Assembly (NCBI GenBank): GCA_030390025.1
Contig: CM059432.1
Location: forward strand, 72,232,001 to 72,296,000
Reading direction: 5' to 3'
DNA length: 64,000 bases
Origin: Squalus acanthias
Lineage: Eukaryota
Shown piece after piece: positions 62,994 through 64,000 of the stretch; position 1 is the stretch's first letter, and every line of letters begins with the position of its first letter. The notes under the pieces were generated by a model, which worked only from the letters and a program-made list of their open reading frames with translations, made no database searches and was not told the origin of the DNA. The translations under genes and the position numbers were made by a program.

Positions 62994-64000
62994 TGCTGGG
63001 TGTGCTTATGTCTGGTGACGGTGCGCCCTCAGAGGCTGGAGGCTCCTCTGAGGAGTCGTCTTCCTCTCCCTCCTGGACAGTGGTAGGGGGCTCTTGATGG
63101 ACCTGTGGGAAAGTAAAGCGATGAGTTAGATATGTCATATCAAGAATGGGTACAGATACCATTATGCACATAATGAACATTCACTGGCTGCTGCCATCAG
63201 TCCCCATATGAGTGACTGCTGTATGCCATGTGGTTGTATGAGATGTAAATCTGTCACCAGGTTGCTGAGATGACCCCCCTCTCTCCGTCTCCCACCTCCC
63301 AGCTGCTCTGTGACTCCTGACACTTCCAGAATGACCTCCTCTGCTGCTGTTAAGGTGGCCAATGATGGAGGACCACCTCCAGTTCTCTCCCTCTTATTGT
63401 GGGCTGTCTTCTCCTGCAAGGAGGGAGAGAAGAGAAGGTTGAGTGAGAGTGATGCAATGAGTGTAAGGAATGGATGGGTTACATCTTTAGAGGGTGACTA
63501 TGATGGAGTGGGGTGGCAATGTGAAGTGGCCTCCTTGTGTGCTGTTAGTATGATTGCATGAGGGTGAGTGAGGGGTGGTTAGTCAGATGGGGATGTGATG
63601 ATGTAGATAGAGAGAGAGGGATGGGTGGACGTGCAAGGTATGTTGGTGTGAGTAATGATGTGCCGGAGTAGGGTTGGGAAGGCAGAGTGATGGGGATGTG
63701 ATGAGGGGCACAGCAGGATGAAGTTGAGTGTGGCTTTGCACTCACCTTTCCTGATCTAATGAGATCATTGAAACGTTTGCGGCAGTGCACCCAGGTCCTC
63801 CTCACAACATCCCTGCTGTTGACTTCCTCTGCTATTTGGAGCCAGGCTCCTTTGGTTTCCTGGCGAGGTCTCTTCCGCCCATCGGAAGGGAAGAGGACCT
63901 CCCTGCGTGCTCTCGCTCCCTCCACAAGCATATGGAGGGAGTTATCTGAGAACCTGGGTGCAGCCCTCTGTCTCTGTGCAGTCTGTTTGCTAGACTTTCC
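62833..64000 (-). CDS. Harbinger Myb/SANT-like DNA-binding protein, three exons (64000-63746, 63413-63258, 63102-62833); 5' end outside the window
   Basis: RAAPRFSD...AW..IA..VNS...RTWVHCRKRFNDL; TGGGPP motif; GT-AG introns in phase 0; the C-terminus is replaced by antisense Penelope sequence. Confidence 0.7.
62862..62896 (+). ncRNA. Minimal hammerhead ribozyme motif, core intact, stem I degenerate
   Basis: CTGACGA(62866-62872)-T-GGGT-TTG-ACCT-GAAA(62885-62888)-CG-TT. Confidence 0.6.

Larger units (their letters stand above)
61149..64000. mobile_element. Two-gene PIF/Harbinger transposon, extending past the window end
   Basis: Left end GGCCAGAATTTT; convergent transposase (plus) and Myb/SANT gene (minus). 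Confidence 0.9.

Overview
This is eukaryotic, repeat-rich vertebrate genomic DNA, most likely from a cartilaginous fish (shark or ray). The basis is the repeat mix: HE1/V-SINE, Deu-domain SINEs (SacSINE1-like), HER1/CR1 and L2 LINEs, Penelope-like elements and PIF/Harbinger transposons. I recognise no intact host protein-coding gene, and the window reads like a long intron or intergenic region. Most long ORFs in the track are decayed LINE ORF2 pieces or their antisense shadows. Main structures: (1) a near-full-length L2 (18.8-26.6 kb, minus) split by two CR1 insertions with TSDs; (2) a 5-kb element with perfect 15-bp TIRs (51386-56452) inserted in an L2 and carrying nested Harbinger, Penelope and CR1 pieces; (3) a two-gene Harbinger at the right end, with a dead transposase but a spliced Myb/SANT gene still open within the window; (4) three minimal hammerhead-ribozyme motifs in Penelope-like repeats; (5) several local inverted or templated duplications next to SINE insertions; (6) orphan exon-like segments and CNE-like stretches. 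Repeat family names come from my recall of consensus motifs, not a database search. Boundaries without TSD or TIR support are approximate.
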